This document shows, one piece after another, positions 1 through 10,221 of a DNA stretch of 64,000 nt. The notes below the pieces were generated by a model. It saw only the letters and a program-made list of their open reading frames with translations. It was not told where the DNA came from and searched no databases. Location: the NCBI GenBank assembly GCA_050486285.1, contig JBJHCZ010000015.1:4294-68293 (forward strand), in the 5' to 3' direction. This stretch comes from Chromatiales bacterium (GTDB lineage Bacteria; Pseudomonadota; Gammaproteobacteria; SZUA-140). Position 1 is the first letter of the stretch. Every line of letters begins with the position of its first letter. The position numbers were made by a program, and so were the translations under genes.

Positions 1-518
<518 letters not shown>

Positions 519-530
519 CGGTCCCGGGCG

Positions 531-2918
531 ATGAAATTCAGCGAACGCTGGTTGCGCGAATGGGTCGATCCCGGCATCGATACCGCAGTGCTCGCCGAGC
601 GCCTGACGATGGCCGGCCTCGAGGTCGATGCGGTGACGCCGGTCGCGCCGCCGTTCGATGGCGTCGTCGTCGGTCATGTCCTCGAGGTCGGCCCGCATCC
701 GGAGGCCGATCGCCTGCGGGTGTGCCGCGTCGATGCCGGCATGGACGAACCGCTGACGATCGTCTGCGGCGCCGCGAATGTCGTCGCCGGCATGCGCGCG
801 CCGACGGCGGTGGTCGGCGCGACGCTGCCGGACGGCACGAAGATCCGCCGCGCGAAGCTGCGCGGCGTCGAGTCCTCCGGCATGCTGTGTTCGGCGAGGG
901 AACTCGGTCTCGGCGAGGGCGGCGAAGGACTGATGGCACTGCCGGACGATGCGCCGACGGGCATGGACCTGCGTGCGCTGATGGAGCTCGACGACGTCAC
1001 GATCGAACTCGGACTGACGCCGAACCGCGGCGATTGTCTCGGCGTCGCCGGCATTGCCCGCGAGGTCGGCGTGTTGTGCCGCGCCGGGGTCGGCGGTCCC
1101 GCGATGACGCCGGTCGTGGCGGCGAGCGACGAGCGCATCGCGGTCGGGTTGCGCGACCCGGCGGCCTGTCCGCGCTATCTCGGACGAATCATTCGCGGTA
1201 TCGACCCGGCCGCGCGCACGCCGCTGTGGATGCAGGAACGCCTGCGCCGCAGCGGGCTGCGCAGCCTCGGCGCGGTTATCGACATCACCAATTATCTCCT
1301 GCTCGAACTCGGCCAGCCCATGCATGCCTTCGATCTCGCGCGCATCGAGGGCGGCATCCAGGTACGCAAGGCCCGGGCGGGCGAGATGCTGACGCTGCTC
1401 GACGGCCGGCAACTCACGCTCGACGACGACATGCTGGTCATCGCCGACGACCGCAAGGCGCTTGCGCTCGCCGGCATCATGGGCGGGGAGGACAGCGCGG
1501 TCGGCGAAGCCACGAGTTCACTGTTTCTCGAATGCGCATTCTTCGCGCCGTCCGCGATCAGCGGGCGCGCGCGCCGGCTCGGCCTGCATACCGATTCCTC
1601 GCACCGCTTCGAGCGCGGGGTCGACTTCGATCTGCCGCTGCGCGCGATCGAACGCGCGACCCGGCTGATCCTCGAAATCGCCGGCGGCACGCCGGGTCCG
1701 GTCATCGACGCGACTTCGCCCGCGCACCTGCCGCCGCGTCCCGCGTTGCGCCTGCGCGCCGAACGTCTGCGCCGATTGCTCGGCTACGAGATCGAGCCGG
1801 CTGCGGTCGGCGACATCCTCACGCGTCTCGGCATGACGGTCCGTCATGACGCCAAGGCCGCCGGCTGGGAGGTGACGCCGCCGTCGTTTCGCTTCGATAT
1901 CGCGATCGAGTCGGACCTGATCGAGGAGATCGCGCGCGTGCACGGCTACGAAGCGATCCCCGCCCGCGCGCCGCATGCGGGTCTGCGCATTCGCACGCCG
2001 GACGATGCCAGCGAACGCAAGACCGCCGCGCGCTGCCTGCTCGCGGCGCGCGGCTGGCAGGAGGTCGTGACCTTCAGCTTCATCGATGCCGACAGCCAGG
2101 GACTGTTCGATCCGGACAACGCGCCGCTCCGGCTCGCGAATCCGATCTCGGTCGATACCTCGGTGATGCGTACCAGCCTGTGGCCCGGCCTCGCGCGCGC
2201 CTGCGCCCACAACCTGAATCGCCAGCAGGGACGCGTCCTGTTCTTCGAGCATGGCTCGAAATATATTTCTCAAGACAATGTAATAAAAGAAGAAAATACT
2301 TTGTCCGGCCTGGCCTGCGGCAATGCCGACCCGGAGCAGTGGGGCTTGCCGGAACGCGCTGCCGACTTCCATGACATCAAGGCCGATGTCGAGGCCGTGC
2401 TTGCGGTCCTCGGCGGTGCGCAGGCCTGGCGCTTCACGCCCGCCGCCCATGCGGCCCTGCATCCCGGGCAATCCGCGCGCATCGATGATGCCGATGGGCG
2501 CGAGATCGGGTGGATCGGCAGTCTGCATCCGCAGCTTTCGCAGCGACTCGATATCCATCGCAATGTCGTCGTGTTTGAACTCCTCATCGATCGCATTGCG
2601 CGACGCGCGACGCCGGCATTCCGTGAACTGTCGCGCTTCCCGTCCGTGCGTCGCGACCTTGCGCTGATCGTCGACGATGAGATTGCCGCCGGCGCGATCC
2701 TCGATTGCGTGCGCGAGACCGCCGGCCCGTTGCTTCAGAGCTTGACCCTGTTTGATATCTATCGAGGTAAAGGTATTGATTCCGGGAAGAAAAGCATCGC
2801 TTTGGGCTTGACCTTGCAGGATTTTTCCCGCACTCTTGTCGACGGGGAGACGGAGGTTCTGATCGCTGCGGTGCTCGAGCAGTTACAGGACCGGTTCGGG
2901 GCAACACTGAGAGAGTGA
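531..2918 (+). CDS. pheT: Phenylalanine--tRNA ligase beta subunit
   Basis: MKFSERWLREW N-terminus, TPNRGDC, RFERGVD, SRFPSVRRDLA; 795 aa. Confidence 0.98.
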   Translation: MKFSERWLREWVDPGIDTAVLAERLTMAGLEVDAVTPVAPPFDGVVVGHVLEVGPHPEADRLRVCRVDAGMDEPLTIVCGAANVVAGMRAPTAVVGATLPDGTKIRRAKLRGVESSGMLCSARELGLGEGGEGLMALPDDAPTGMDLRALMELDDVTIELGLTPNRGDCLGVAGIAREVGVLCRAGVGGPAMTPVVAASDERIAVGLRDPAACPRYLGRIIRGIDPAARTPLWMQERLRRSGLRSLGAVIDITNYLLLELGQPMHAFDLARIEGGIQVRKARAGEMLTLLDGRQLTLDDDMLVIADDRKALALAGIMGGEDSAVGEATSSLFLECAFFAPSAISGRARRLGLHTDSSHRFERGVDFDLPLRAIERATRLILEIAGGTPGPVIDATSPAHLPPRPALRLRAERLRRLLGYEIEPAAVGDILTRLGMTVRHDAKAAGWEVTPPSFRFDIAIESDLIEEIARVHGYEAIPARAPHAGLRIRTPDDASERKTAARCLLAARGWQEVVTFSFIDADSQGLFDPDNAPLRLANPISVDTSVMRTSLWPGLARACAHNLNRQQGRVLFFEHGSKYISQDNVIKEENTLSGLACGNADPEQWGLPERAADFHDIKADVEAVLAVLGGAQAWRFTPAAHAALHPGQSARIDDADGREIGWIGSLHPQLSQRLDIHRNVVVFELLIDRIARRATPAFRELSRFPSVRRDLALIVDDEIAAGAILDCVRETAGPLLQSLTLFDIYRGKGIDSGKKSIALGLTLQDFSRTLVDGETEVLIAAVLEQLQDRFGATLRE
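2808..2836 (+). promoter_or_regulatory. Possible internal sigma70 promoter for ihfA within the 3' end of pheT
   Basis: TTGACC-N17-CACTCT in a locally AT-richer stretch; E. coli ihfA is known to have a promoter inside pheT. Confidence 0.35.
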
Positions 2919-2924
2919 ACAAGA

Positions 2925-3227
2925 ATGGCGCTGACCAAGGCTGACATGGCCGAGCGCTTGTTCGAGGAGTTCGGGCTGAACAAGCGGGAAGCCAAGGATC
3001 TCGTCGAGATGTTCTTCGAGGAAATCCGCAATGCCCTCGAGACCGGGCAACAGGTCAAACTGTCCGGCTTCGGGAATTTCAACCTGAGAGAGAAAAACGA
3101 ACGGCCTGGCCGCAACCCGAAGACCGGGGAAGAAATCCCGATTACGGCACGCCGGGTGGTTTCGTTCCATCCTGGGCAAAAACTAAAAGCAAGAGTCGAG
3201 GCCCATGCTGGAACCCAGCGGGAATGA
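2925..3227 (+). CDS. ihfA: Integration host factor alpha subunit
   Basis: [39 protein letters not shown]; synteny after pheT. Confidence 0.98.
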   Translation: MALTKADMAERLFEEFGLNKREAKDLVEMFFEEIRNALETGQQVKLSGFGNFNLREKNERPGRNPKTGEEIPITARRVVSFHPGQKLKARVEAHAGTQRE

Positions 3228-3561
3228 CGCGTTGCCCCCGATCCCCGGGAAGCGCTATTTCACGATAGGGGAAGTCAGCGATCTGTGCGGCGTCAAGCCG
3301 CATGTGTTGAGATACTGGGAGCAGGAGTTTCCGCAACTCGCGCCGATCAAACGGGCCGGCAACCGCCGCTACTACCAGCGTCATGATGTGATGCTGGTGC
3401 GCCAGATCCGCGATCTGCTCTACCAGCAGGGGTTCACGATCGGCGGCGCCCGGCAAAAGCTCTCCGGCAAGGAGGTCAAGACCGATGCCAGCCGCAGTCG
3501 CCAGGTGGTGCGCCAGATGCGGCAGGAACTCGAGGATCTGCTGAAGACCTTGAAGACCTGA
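3205..3561 (+). CDS. MerR-family transcriptional regulator
   Basis: [10 protein letters not shown]...[10 protein letters not shown]...RRYY; conserved ihfA-merR-tRNA-Pro synteny. Confidence 0.95.
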   Translation: MLEPSGNDALPPIPGKRYFTIGEVSDLCGVKPHVLRYWEQEFPQLAPIKRAGNRRYYQRHDVMLVRQIRDLLYQQGFTIGGARQKLSGKEVKTDASRSRQVVRQMRQELEDLLKTLKT

Positions 3562-3631
3562 GCGGCATCCTTCATCATCCGCAGGCTGCCGATCATCCGG
3601 GCGGCCTTCACCGGCACAACGACAGTTCAAT

Positions 3632-3709
<78 letters not shown>

Positions 3710-3908
3710 TTCTCTCAATGAGTCACAGCATCAAGCCCTGGCCCGGATTGCGGCTCGGCACCGTCTTGCGCGCCGGGGCGGACAGGCATAGGATTTCTCC
3801 ACCACGGTCTTCAAACCATCCCCTTGAACGACGCGGGTCAGTCCCGTGCAAACCATACAGGAGCTTTCCACCACTGAAATAACACTGGCTGAAAAAGGAG
3901 GGGCGACG

Positions 3909-4010
3909 ATGAGCGATACGGAAGATGTCATCACCAACGTAATCATCGGTCTGGTCCTGATGTGCGGTCCGGTCGGGTACCTGCTGTTCAGTATCCTGTT
4001 CACGATCTGA
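3909..4010 (+). CDS. Putative 33-aa single-pass membrane small protein
   Basis: AAGGAGG RBS upstream; MSDTEDVITNVIIGLVLMCGPVGYLLFSILFTI; followed by a GC hairpin; too short for the ORF track. Confidence 0.55.
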   Translation: MSDTEDVITNVIIGLVLMCGPVGYLLFSILFTI

Positions 4011-4017
4011 CCCAGCC

Positions 4018-4038
4018 GGCCTCCGGCAGACGGAGGCC
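4018..4038 (+). terminator. Stem-loop after the small ORF
   Basis: GGCCTCCG-GCAGA-CGGAGGCC; no U-tract. Confidence 0.35.
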
Positions 4039-4173
4039 TCCATCCCCTGCAAGTGGCGCCGGACGCCGCACCTTCCTGTCGCGCCCGAGATAACCCCTTA
4101 TTTATAATGTGGTTAATGATCCTGGTCCGCAACCAGGCAGGCCTGCGAAATGCCGATGCTGCACGGTTTGCCC

Positions 4174-4200
4174 TCACGAAATCCCGCAATCGTCCGATGA
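4174..4200 (+). promoter_or_regulatory. Possible sigma28 (FliA)-type promoter of the HDOD-GGDEF gene
   Basis: TCACG-N14-TCCGATGA resembles TCAAG-N14-GCCGATAA; about 70 nt upstream of the ATG at 4272. Confidence 0.35.
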
Positions 4201-4271
4201 TATCCGTATGTCCGGACGCCGTTCGGCGCGCCTGCGCCCCCGGCCACTGCAAGACAAAAAGAAGACGCAGC

Positions 4272-5849
4272 ATGTCGACCAGAAAACCTTCCGTCCCGAT
4301 CCTGGGCGCTCCGATCCAGGACAAGGAACTGCTGAAGCGCATCAGCCAGTGCGCCGATCTGCCGAGTCCGGTCGGCGTCGTCATGCGGGTGCTCGAACTC
4401 GGACAGGATCCCGAGGTCTCGATCGGCGAGGTCGCGAAGGTCATCAATCTCGACCCGGCGCTGACCGCGAAGATGCTGCGCATGGCGAATTCCCCGCTGT
4501 ATGCGCGCCAGCGCAAGACCGAGAACCTGCGCCAGGCGATCACGCTGTTCGGTCTCGAAGGCACGATTACGCTGGCGCTCGGTTTCTCGGTCGTCAACAA
4601 CCTGAGTCGCGGCCGGGATTCGCAATTCGATTATCCGGTCTTCTGGCGACGCTCGCTCGCCGCCGCGACCTGCTCCCAGGTCCTTGCCGACCGCCTGGCG
4701 CTGCCGAACCGGGAGGACATGTTCCTTGCCGGTCTGCTGATGGACATCGGCATGCTGGCGCTGACGCGCGCGCTGCCGGAGCTCTATCGCGGAACGATCT
4801 CACGCAAGTCCACTCACGAGTCGGCATGCCGCCGCGAGCGCGAGTCCCTGGGCGTCGATCATGCCGAAATCGGCGCATGGCTGCTGCAGCAGTGGAACTT
4901 CCCCGACAACCTGCGCGCGCTGGTCCTGCACAGTCACAACAGCGATGCGTCCAGGCTCGCCGACTGGCCGGCGCTCGAGCAGCAGGTGCGCATCATTGCG
5001 CTGGCCAGCGACATGGCCGACCTCTGGTGCGTCACCGACAAGGAAGAGGTTCTGCCGAAGGTCATGAAGCAGGCCGCGCAATCGCTCGGCATTCGCGATC
5101 AGTCCTTCGTCGAGATCCTTGAGGGCGTCAGCGCCGCGATCGCGGAGATCGCGCCGCTGTTCGACATCGAGCTCGACGAGCATGGCAATCCCGATCTGAT
5201 CATCAACGAGGCGCGCGAGCTGATTCTGCTGAGGCATATCAAGGTCATGCAGAAATCGATGATGCTGGAAAAGGCCGCGCGCATCCTCGAGAACCGCACG
5301 ATCAAGCTCGAGGAAGAGAATCGCCGCGATGTGTTGACCGGCCTGTTCAACCGCTCCTACCTGCAGCGCGCGCTGTTCGACGAGCTCGAGCTCGCGAACG
5401 AGCATGGCTGGCCGCTGTCGGTGATCTTCATCGATCTCGATCGCTTCAAGGCGGTCAACGACGAGCATGGTCACCTCGCCGGCGATCACATCATTCGCGA
5501 AGCGGCGCGCCTGCTCCGCCATCATACCCGCGGCAGCGACATCATCGCCCGCTACGGCGGCGAGGAGTTCGTCGCGATCCTGCCTGGCTCGGGTAACGAC
5601 AGCGCCCGGCGCAGTTGCGAGCGTTTGCTCGAGGCATTCCGCACGACACGGCACCAGATCTCGTCCGAAGCCGAAGTGACGGTCACGGCGTCGCTCGGCA
5701 TCGCGGTCCATGGCGAATCGGCGAAGTTCCAGACCATCGAGGATTTCCTGCGCGCGGCCGACAACGCGCTCTACGAGGCCAAGCGCCAGGGCCGCGATCG
5801 CGCCGTGTTCCACCGGATCGATCCGGGCGCCTCCCGCGTCGCCGTCTGA
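4272..5849 (+). CDS. HDOD domain + GGDEF diguanylate cyclase
   Basis: LPSP..DPALTAKMLRMANSPLY (HDOD); DVLTGLFNR, DLDRFKAVND, RGSD I-site, RYGGEEF; ATG at 4272 preferred over the 4053 start. Confidence 0.92.
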   Translation: MSTRKPSVPILGAPIQDKELLKRISQCADLPSPVGVVMRVLELGQDPEVSIGEVAKVINLDPALTAKMLRMANSPLYARQRKTENLRQAITLFGLEGTITLALGFSVVNNLSRGRDSQFDYPVFWRRSLAAATCSQVLADRLALPNREDMFLAGLLMDIGMLALTRALPELYRGTISRKSTHESACRRERESLGVDHAEIGAWLLQQWNFPDNLRALVLHSHNSDASRLADWPALEQQVRIIALASDMADLWCVTDKEEVLPKVMKQAAQSLGIRDQSFVEILEGVSAAIAEIAPLFDIELDEHGNPDLIINEARELILLRHIKVMQKSMMLEKAARILENRTIKLEEENRRDVLTGLFNRSYLQRALFDELELANEHGWPLSVIFIDLDRFKAVNDEHGHLAGDHIIREAARLLRHHTRGSDIIARYGGEEFVAILPGSGNDSARRSCERLLEAFRTTRHQISSEAEVTVTASLGIAVHGESAKFQTIEDFLRAADNALYEAKRQGRDRAVFHRIDPGASRVAV

Positions 5850-5907
5850 TCCCCTGCCGGGGCGCCGGGGATTGATCGCCCGCCTGCAATCGGGCATCTT
5901 CGCGATC

Positions 5908-6588
5908 ATGCGCCTGCCTTCACTTCCGCTGCTGTTGCTGGCACTCCTTTCCGTCGAGGCCGTGGCGGCCGATATCGCGATCGGCATCCCGCCCGGCGGT
6001 CTCGGCGTCGATCTCCATCTCGCCCGCGACGAATACGATCTGGCTGATGGCGGCCTCTCGACCGAGACCCGGCTGTCCCGCGCCGGTATCACGCTGTCCG
6101 AGACGGTCGGCGATGGCCTGTCGATCGGCCTGCTGCTCGGCTATGCCTCCGCGAGCCAGCGCGGACAAGCGCTGACCGCGGGCATGCGCTTCACCGGCAA
6201 TTATCTCGGCGTCGATCTGCACGGGGCGATCCCGCTCGGCAGGCGCTTGCGCGTCGGACTCGGCGGGCAATTCCTGTATCACTGGCTGCGGGACCGCATC
6301 GACGGACAGAAGGTCGAACTCGAGTGGGCGCAGGCCGACGCGACGCTGACGCTGCAAGCCGATCTGACACCGGCGCTGACCGCGTATGCGGGACCGCTGT
6401 GGTCGACGATCGATGTCGACCAGCAGGCCAGCGGCGGCGTCAACGAGACGCTGGCGCTGGTCAATCACCGGACTTCGGGCGGCGTCGCCGGTCTGTTGCT
6501 CGAGGTCGACTGGCGCGGCTGGATCGGTCTCGAGGTTCGGCGTGGACCGTATGATGGCGTCGCGCTGTCGTTCCAGAGGAGATTCTGA
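5908..6588 (+). CDS. Putative outer-membrane beta-barrel protein
   Basis: Signal peptide MRLPSLPLLLLALLSVEAVAA, alternating amphipathic strands, C-terminal Phe. Confidence 0.6.
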   Translation: MRLPSLPLLLLALLSVEAVAADIAIGIPPGGLGVDLHLARDEYDLADGGLSTETRLSRAGITLSETVGDGLSIGLLLGYASASQRGQALTAGMRFTGNYLGVDLHGAIPLGRRLRVGLGGQFLYHWLRDRIDGQKVELEWAQADATLTLQADLTPALTAYAGPLWSTIDVDQQASGGVNETLALVNHRTSGGVAGLLLEVDWRGWIGLEVRRGPYDGVALSFQRRF

Positions 6589-7566
6589 ATGGAGCGGGGC
6601 GTGTTTCTGGACAGCGGCTCGCTCGGGCCGGACATCGATCTCGACGGGATCGCCGCGACGCTGCCGCAGTGGTCGTTCCATGAGGAGACGGCGCCTGCCG
6701 AGACCGGCGAGCGGATCCGCGATGTCGACGTGGTCATCACCAACAAGGTCGTGCTCGATGCCGGTGCGCTCGCCGCGGCCCGGCGCCTGCGCCTGGTCTG
6801 CGTCGCCGCGACCGGGGTCAATAACGTCGATCTCGACGCCGCGGCGCGCCAGGGGATCACGGTCTGCAACGTCACCGCCTACGCGACGCCTTCGGTCGTT
6901 CAGCATGTCTTCGCGCTGATGCTGGCGCTGGCGACGCGGCTGGCGGATTATCGCGAGGCGGTCAGGGCAGGGGACTGGCAGCGCAGCCGGCATTTCGCGC
7001 TGCTGGATTATCCGGTCACCGAACTCGCCGGACGCACGCTGGGTATCGTCGGGCATGGCGAGCTCGGACGCGCGGTCGCGACCGCGGCCGGCGCCTTCGG
7101 CATGCGGGTGCTGATCGCGGCGCGCCGCGGATCTGCGCCGGGGGAGGGGCGGGTGGCGTTCGATGAATTACTCGGCCGGGTGGATGTGCTGAGCCTGCAT
7201 TGCCCGCTGACGGAGGCGACCCGCGGCCTGGTCGGTGCGCGCGAGTTCGGCATGATGAAGCGTGATGCGCTGCTGATCAATACCGCGCGCGGCGGCATCG
7301 TCGACGAGGCGGCGCTGGCGACAGCCCTGCGTGCCGGGGTCATCGCCGGCGCCGGTATCGATGTGCTCGCGAGCGAACCGCCGCGCGCGGGCAGCCCGCT
7401 GCTCGCGGCGGACATTCCGAACCTGATCGTGACGCCGCACATTGCCTGGGCCAGCCGGGAGTCGCGCCGGCGGCTGGTCGCGAGTCTGCAGGAGAATATA
7501 GAGGCCTTCGGCGCCGGACGACCGCACAACGTGGTGTCCGGGCCGGTCACCGGCGGGCATGTCTAG
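6589..7566 (+). CDS. D-2-hydroxyacid dehydrogenase (glycerate dehydrogenase/HprA-like)
   Basis: GIVGHGELG Rossmann motif, LHCPLT, INTARGG, TPHIAWAS. Confidence 0.9.
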   Translation: MERGVFLDSGSLGPDIDLDGIAATLPQWSFHEETAPAETGERIRDVDVVITNKVVLDAGALAAARRLRLVCVAATGVNNVDLDAAARQGITVCNVTAYATPSVVQHVFALMLALATRLADYREAVRAGDWQRSRHFALLDYPVTELAGRTLGIVGHGELGRAVATAAGAFGMRVLIAARRGSAPGEGRVAFDELLGRVDVLSLHCPLTEATRGLVGAREFGMMKRDALLINTARGGIVDEAALATALRAGVIAGAGIDVLASEPPRAGSPLLAADIPNLIVTPHIAWASRESRRRLVASLQENIEAFGAGRPHNVVSGPVTGGHV

Positions 7567-7660
7567 CAGTCTGTCGGGAAAGGCTCCCGGCGGCTTTCCT
7601 CCGCGAATGGCTCGCCTCGCTGCGTAAAGCCGCCGGGAGCCTTTCCCGACAGTCTGCTAG
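7563..7660. mobile_element. MITE-like element with 35-bp terminal inverted repeats bounded by CTAG
   Basis: CTAGCAGTCTGTCGGGAAAGGCTCCCGGCGGCTTT ... AAAGCCGCCGGGAGCCTTTCCCGACAGTCTGCTAG, one mismatch. Confidence 0.6.
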
Positions 7661-8385
7661 AGCCGCTCGATCAGCCACTCCGGCGTGAGGTTGATGAAGA
7701 ATGTGTTCATCGTCGCGAGCTGACCGCTGACCAGCAGCAGGCCGACGCCGATCAGGAACACGCCGCTGACGCGCTGGACGATATGGGCGTGGCGGTTCAG
7801 CCGCCGCAGGAAATCCGTCGCGCGCGTCAGCAGCAGCGCGGTCAGCAGGAACGGCAGCGCCAACCCCATCGCGTAGACGAAGGTGAAGAACGCGCCGGTG
7901 CGCGGTTCGGTGAAGGCCATCGTCATCACCGCGCCGAGCAGCGGGCCGATGCAGGGTGTCCAGCCGGCGGCGAAGGCGATGCCGATCAGACCGGAGCGCA
8001 GATAGCCGGGCGTCACGCCGGGATCGATCTGCATCTGGCGGGTCATGTTCAGGAACGGGATCGTGAACAGGCCGATCGTGTGCAGGCCGAACAGGATCAG
8101 GATCGCGCCGCCGACCTGGGCGATGATCGTGCTGTAGTGGTTCAGCGTGGCGCCGAGCAGCGTCGCCGGCAGCCCGAACACGACGATGAACACCAGCGTG
8201 AAACCGAGCACGAACAGCACCGCATGGGTGAAGACCTGCGCGCGATTGACCTGCTGGTCGTCGTGGATCGCGCTGCCGGACAGGTAGCTGAGGTACACCG
8301 GCACCAGCGGCAGGACGCACGGTGACAGGAAGGACAGCGTCCCCGCGAGGAAGGCGAGCGGAATCGTGACGGACGTCATTTCCAT
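7657..8385 (-). CDS. ccdA: Cytochrome c biogenesis/thiol-disulfide transporter CcdA
   Basis: SFLSPCVLPLVP and GWTPCIGP motifs, multiple TM segments. Confidence 0.92.
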   Translation of the reverse strand: MEMTSVTIPLAFLAGTLSFLSPCVLPLVPVYLSYLSGSAIHDDQQVNRAQVFTHAVLFVLGFTLVFIVVFGLPATLLGATLNHYSTIIAQVGGAILILFGLHTIGLFTIPFLNMTRQMQIDPGVTPGYLRSGLIGIAFAAGWTPCIGPLLGAVMTMAFTEPRTGAFFTFVYAMGLALPFLLTALLLTRATDFLRRLNRHAHIVQRVSGVFLIGVGLLLVSGQLATMNTFFINLTPEWLIERL

Positions 8386-8477
8386 GGGGTCATTCCGGGA
8401 TGACGGGCATGTCGGTGGCGGATACGCCCGTTATTATACGGCCTGCGCGCCGGGTACCGCCACCGGCGAGCCCGGCG

Positions 8478-9338
8478 TCAGCGCGGGGACGCGCCGCGGC
8501 GGCGATGGCGCCGGTAGAGGATGAAGGTCAGGTCGTCCGGTTTCGACGGCGCGCCGACCGTCGGCTGCGCCATGCGGGCTCGGCAGGCCTGCGCGAGGGC
8601 GCGCATCGCGCGATCGAGCGGCCCGCTGCGGATATGATCGGTGATCTCCTCGATGTACAGGTTGTCGAACAGGCCGTCGCTGGCCAGCAGCACGGTGTCG
8701 TAGGGATCGAGGCGCAGCGCATGGCCGAGTTCGATGCGCATCTTCGGCAGGCCGACATAGTTCGAGACCAGGTTGCGCTCGTCGTGGTGCATCGCCTCGT
8801 CCTCGTCGAGAATGCCGGCCTCGACCGCATAGCCGACCGGCGAGTGCGATACCGTCTGCAGCTTGATGCGGCCGCGGTTGCCGGTGACGAGGATCATCGA
8901 GTCGCCGACATGACAGGCGCGGATCGCGTCGGCGCCGATCTCGACCGCCGCGACGGTGGTGCCGGCGCCGAGGGCGTTGATGCGCGCGTTCGCGCGGTCG
9001 ATCGCGTCGATCAGGCGTTCTCGCAGCCCCATGTCGCCGCCGGCGCCGCGATTCGCCAGTTCATTGCGGATCGCGTCGATCAGCAGGCCCGAGGCCTGGT
9101 GACCCTGCGGCATGCCGCCCATGCCGTCGGCGACGACCAGCAGTCCCGAGCCGTTCGGAAAGCAGAAGGCCGCGGCGGCATCCTCGTTGGGGGCATCGGT
9201 CTTGTACGGCGCGCGCGCGCTGTAGATCGCGACCTGTCCTGCGGCGCAGTCATGGATCACGCCGCGGTCGCCCATGTCGTGATCGAGATAACTCCAGTGC
9301 TGGAATGCCGGCGCGCCGGCATCGGGCGATGCGGTCAA
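8478..9338 (-). CDS. PP2C-family Ser/Thr protein phosphatase
   Basis: NED, VADGMGG, HVGDS, ASDGL, DDLT motifs; start codon uncertain (TTG). Confidence 0.88.
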   Translation of the reverse strand: MTASPDAGAPAFQHWSYLDHDMGDRGVIHDCAAGQVAIYSARAPYKTDAPNEDAAAAFCFPNGSGLLVVADGMGGMPQGHQASGLLIDAIRNELANRGAGGDMGLRERLIDAIDRANARINALGAGTTVAAVEIGADAIRACHVGDSMILVTGNRGRIKLQTVSHSPVGYAVEAGILDEDEAMHHDERNLVSNYVGLPKMRIELGHALRLDPYDTVLLASDGLFDNLYIEEITDHIRSGPLDRAMRALAQACRARMAQPTVGAPSKPDDLTFILYRRHRRRGASPR

Positions 9339-9348
9339 GGATGTCGCC

Positions 9349-10074
9349 CTATTGCCATTGCATCGTTTCGAGGTATTCGCGCAGCATGCCGGCCGACCTG
9401 AACTTTTTCAGGATCAGACTGCGCTTGAGGCCGCAGCAGATGGCCTTGATCTCGGGCGGCAGCCTGGCGTAGTGGCGCTGGCCGCCGAGGGCGTCGTAGA
9501 ACAGACGGATGAGGTCACAGACGTCGTCATGGATGTTCTTCTTTTTCGCGGCGCCCCAGTGAAACATGTCGAGCAGCTTGAGATTATAGCCGAGACCGAA
9601 GCGCTGGATGACGATATTGTCGGTGTGCAGGTCGCCGTGATACTCGTGCATGTGGTGAATGCTCTCGATGCCGGCGGCCAGCGCATGCAACAGGTGCAGC
9701 CCCTGGAACGGCGACAGCCGCTTGCCGGGATGGCGCGAGAGGAAATTGCTGAGCAGCTCTCCCTCGACATATTCCGAGACCAGGAAGGTGATCGGTATGC
9801 CGCGGTAGCGGATCGTTTCCTGGGTGTGGTACTGGATCAGGATCGGCGAGTGGCGCAGCTTGTGCAGCTTCTTCGCGTAGAACGACAGCGTGCGATTGCC
9901 GGGGTTGCGCTGCGGGAAGAAGAATTTCGCGGCGCGCTCGATGCCGGTGACCTGCTCGCGGACGAGATAGACCTCGCCTTCCCAGCCGGCGCCGAGATTC
10001 TTGATGACCTGGTACTTGTTCGCGAGCACCCGCCCGCTGTGGAGCCGGAAGCTGTCGATGACGGGTTTTGTCAT
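9349..10074 (-). CDS. Small protein-kinase-like protein
   Basis: YQVIKNLGAGWEGEVYLV, AAK, HGDLHTDN, LLDMF; short C-lobe. Confidence 0.82.
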   Translation of the reverse strand: MTKPVIDSFRLHSGRVLANKYQVIKNLGAGWEGEVYLVREQVTGIERAAKFFFPQRNPGNRTLSFYAKKLHKLRHSPILIQYHTQETIRYRGIPITFLVSEYVEGELLSNFLSRHPGKRLSPFQGLHLLHALAAGIESIHHMHEYHGDLHTDNIVIQRFGLGYNLKLLDMFHWGAAKKKNIHDDVCDLIRLFYDALGGQRHYARLPPEIKAICCGLKRSLILKKFRSAGMLREYLETMQWQ

Positions 10075-10149
10075 TGTTCTGCGCGGTCCGCCTGCGCTTG
10101 CGGATCAACTACCATAACCGCCGCCTCTGCCGGCGTGCAAGCGCGGAAA

Positions 10150-10192
10150 TTGCATCTCCGGCCGACCCCGATATAATACCAAAGTATTATAT
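10150..10192 (+). promoter_or_regulatory. sigma70 promoter overlapped by a perfect palindromic operator
   Basis: TTGCAT(10150)-N16-TATAAT(10172); ATATAATAC-CAAA-GTATTATAT at 10171-10192. Confidence 0.7.
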
Positions 10193-10221
10193 TCGCCCGG
10201 GTCCGGGCACGGGGAGGGGGA

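Noticed and set aside
10165-10195. Possible dif/Xer site
   Set aside because: The spacer between the ATAA and TTAT arms is 10 nt rather than 6, and there is no XerD arm TTATGTTAAAT; it is better explained as an operator.
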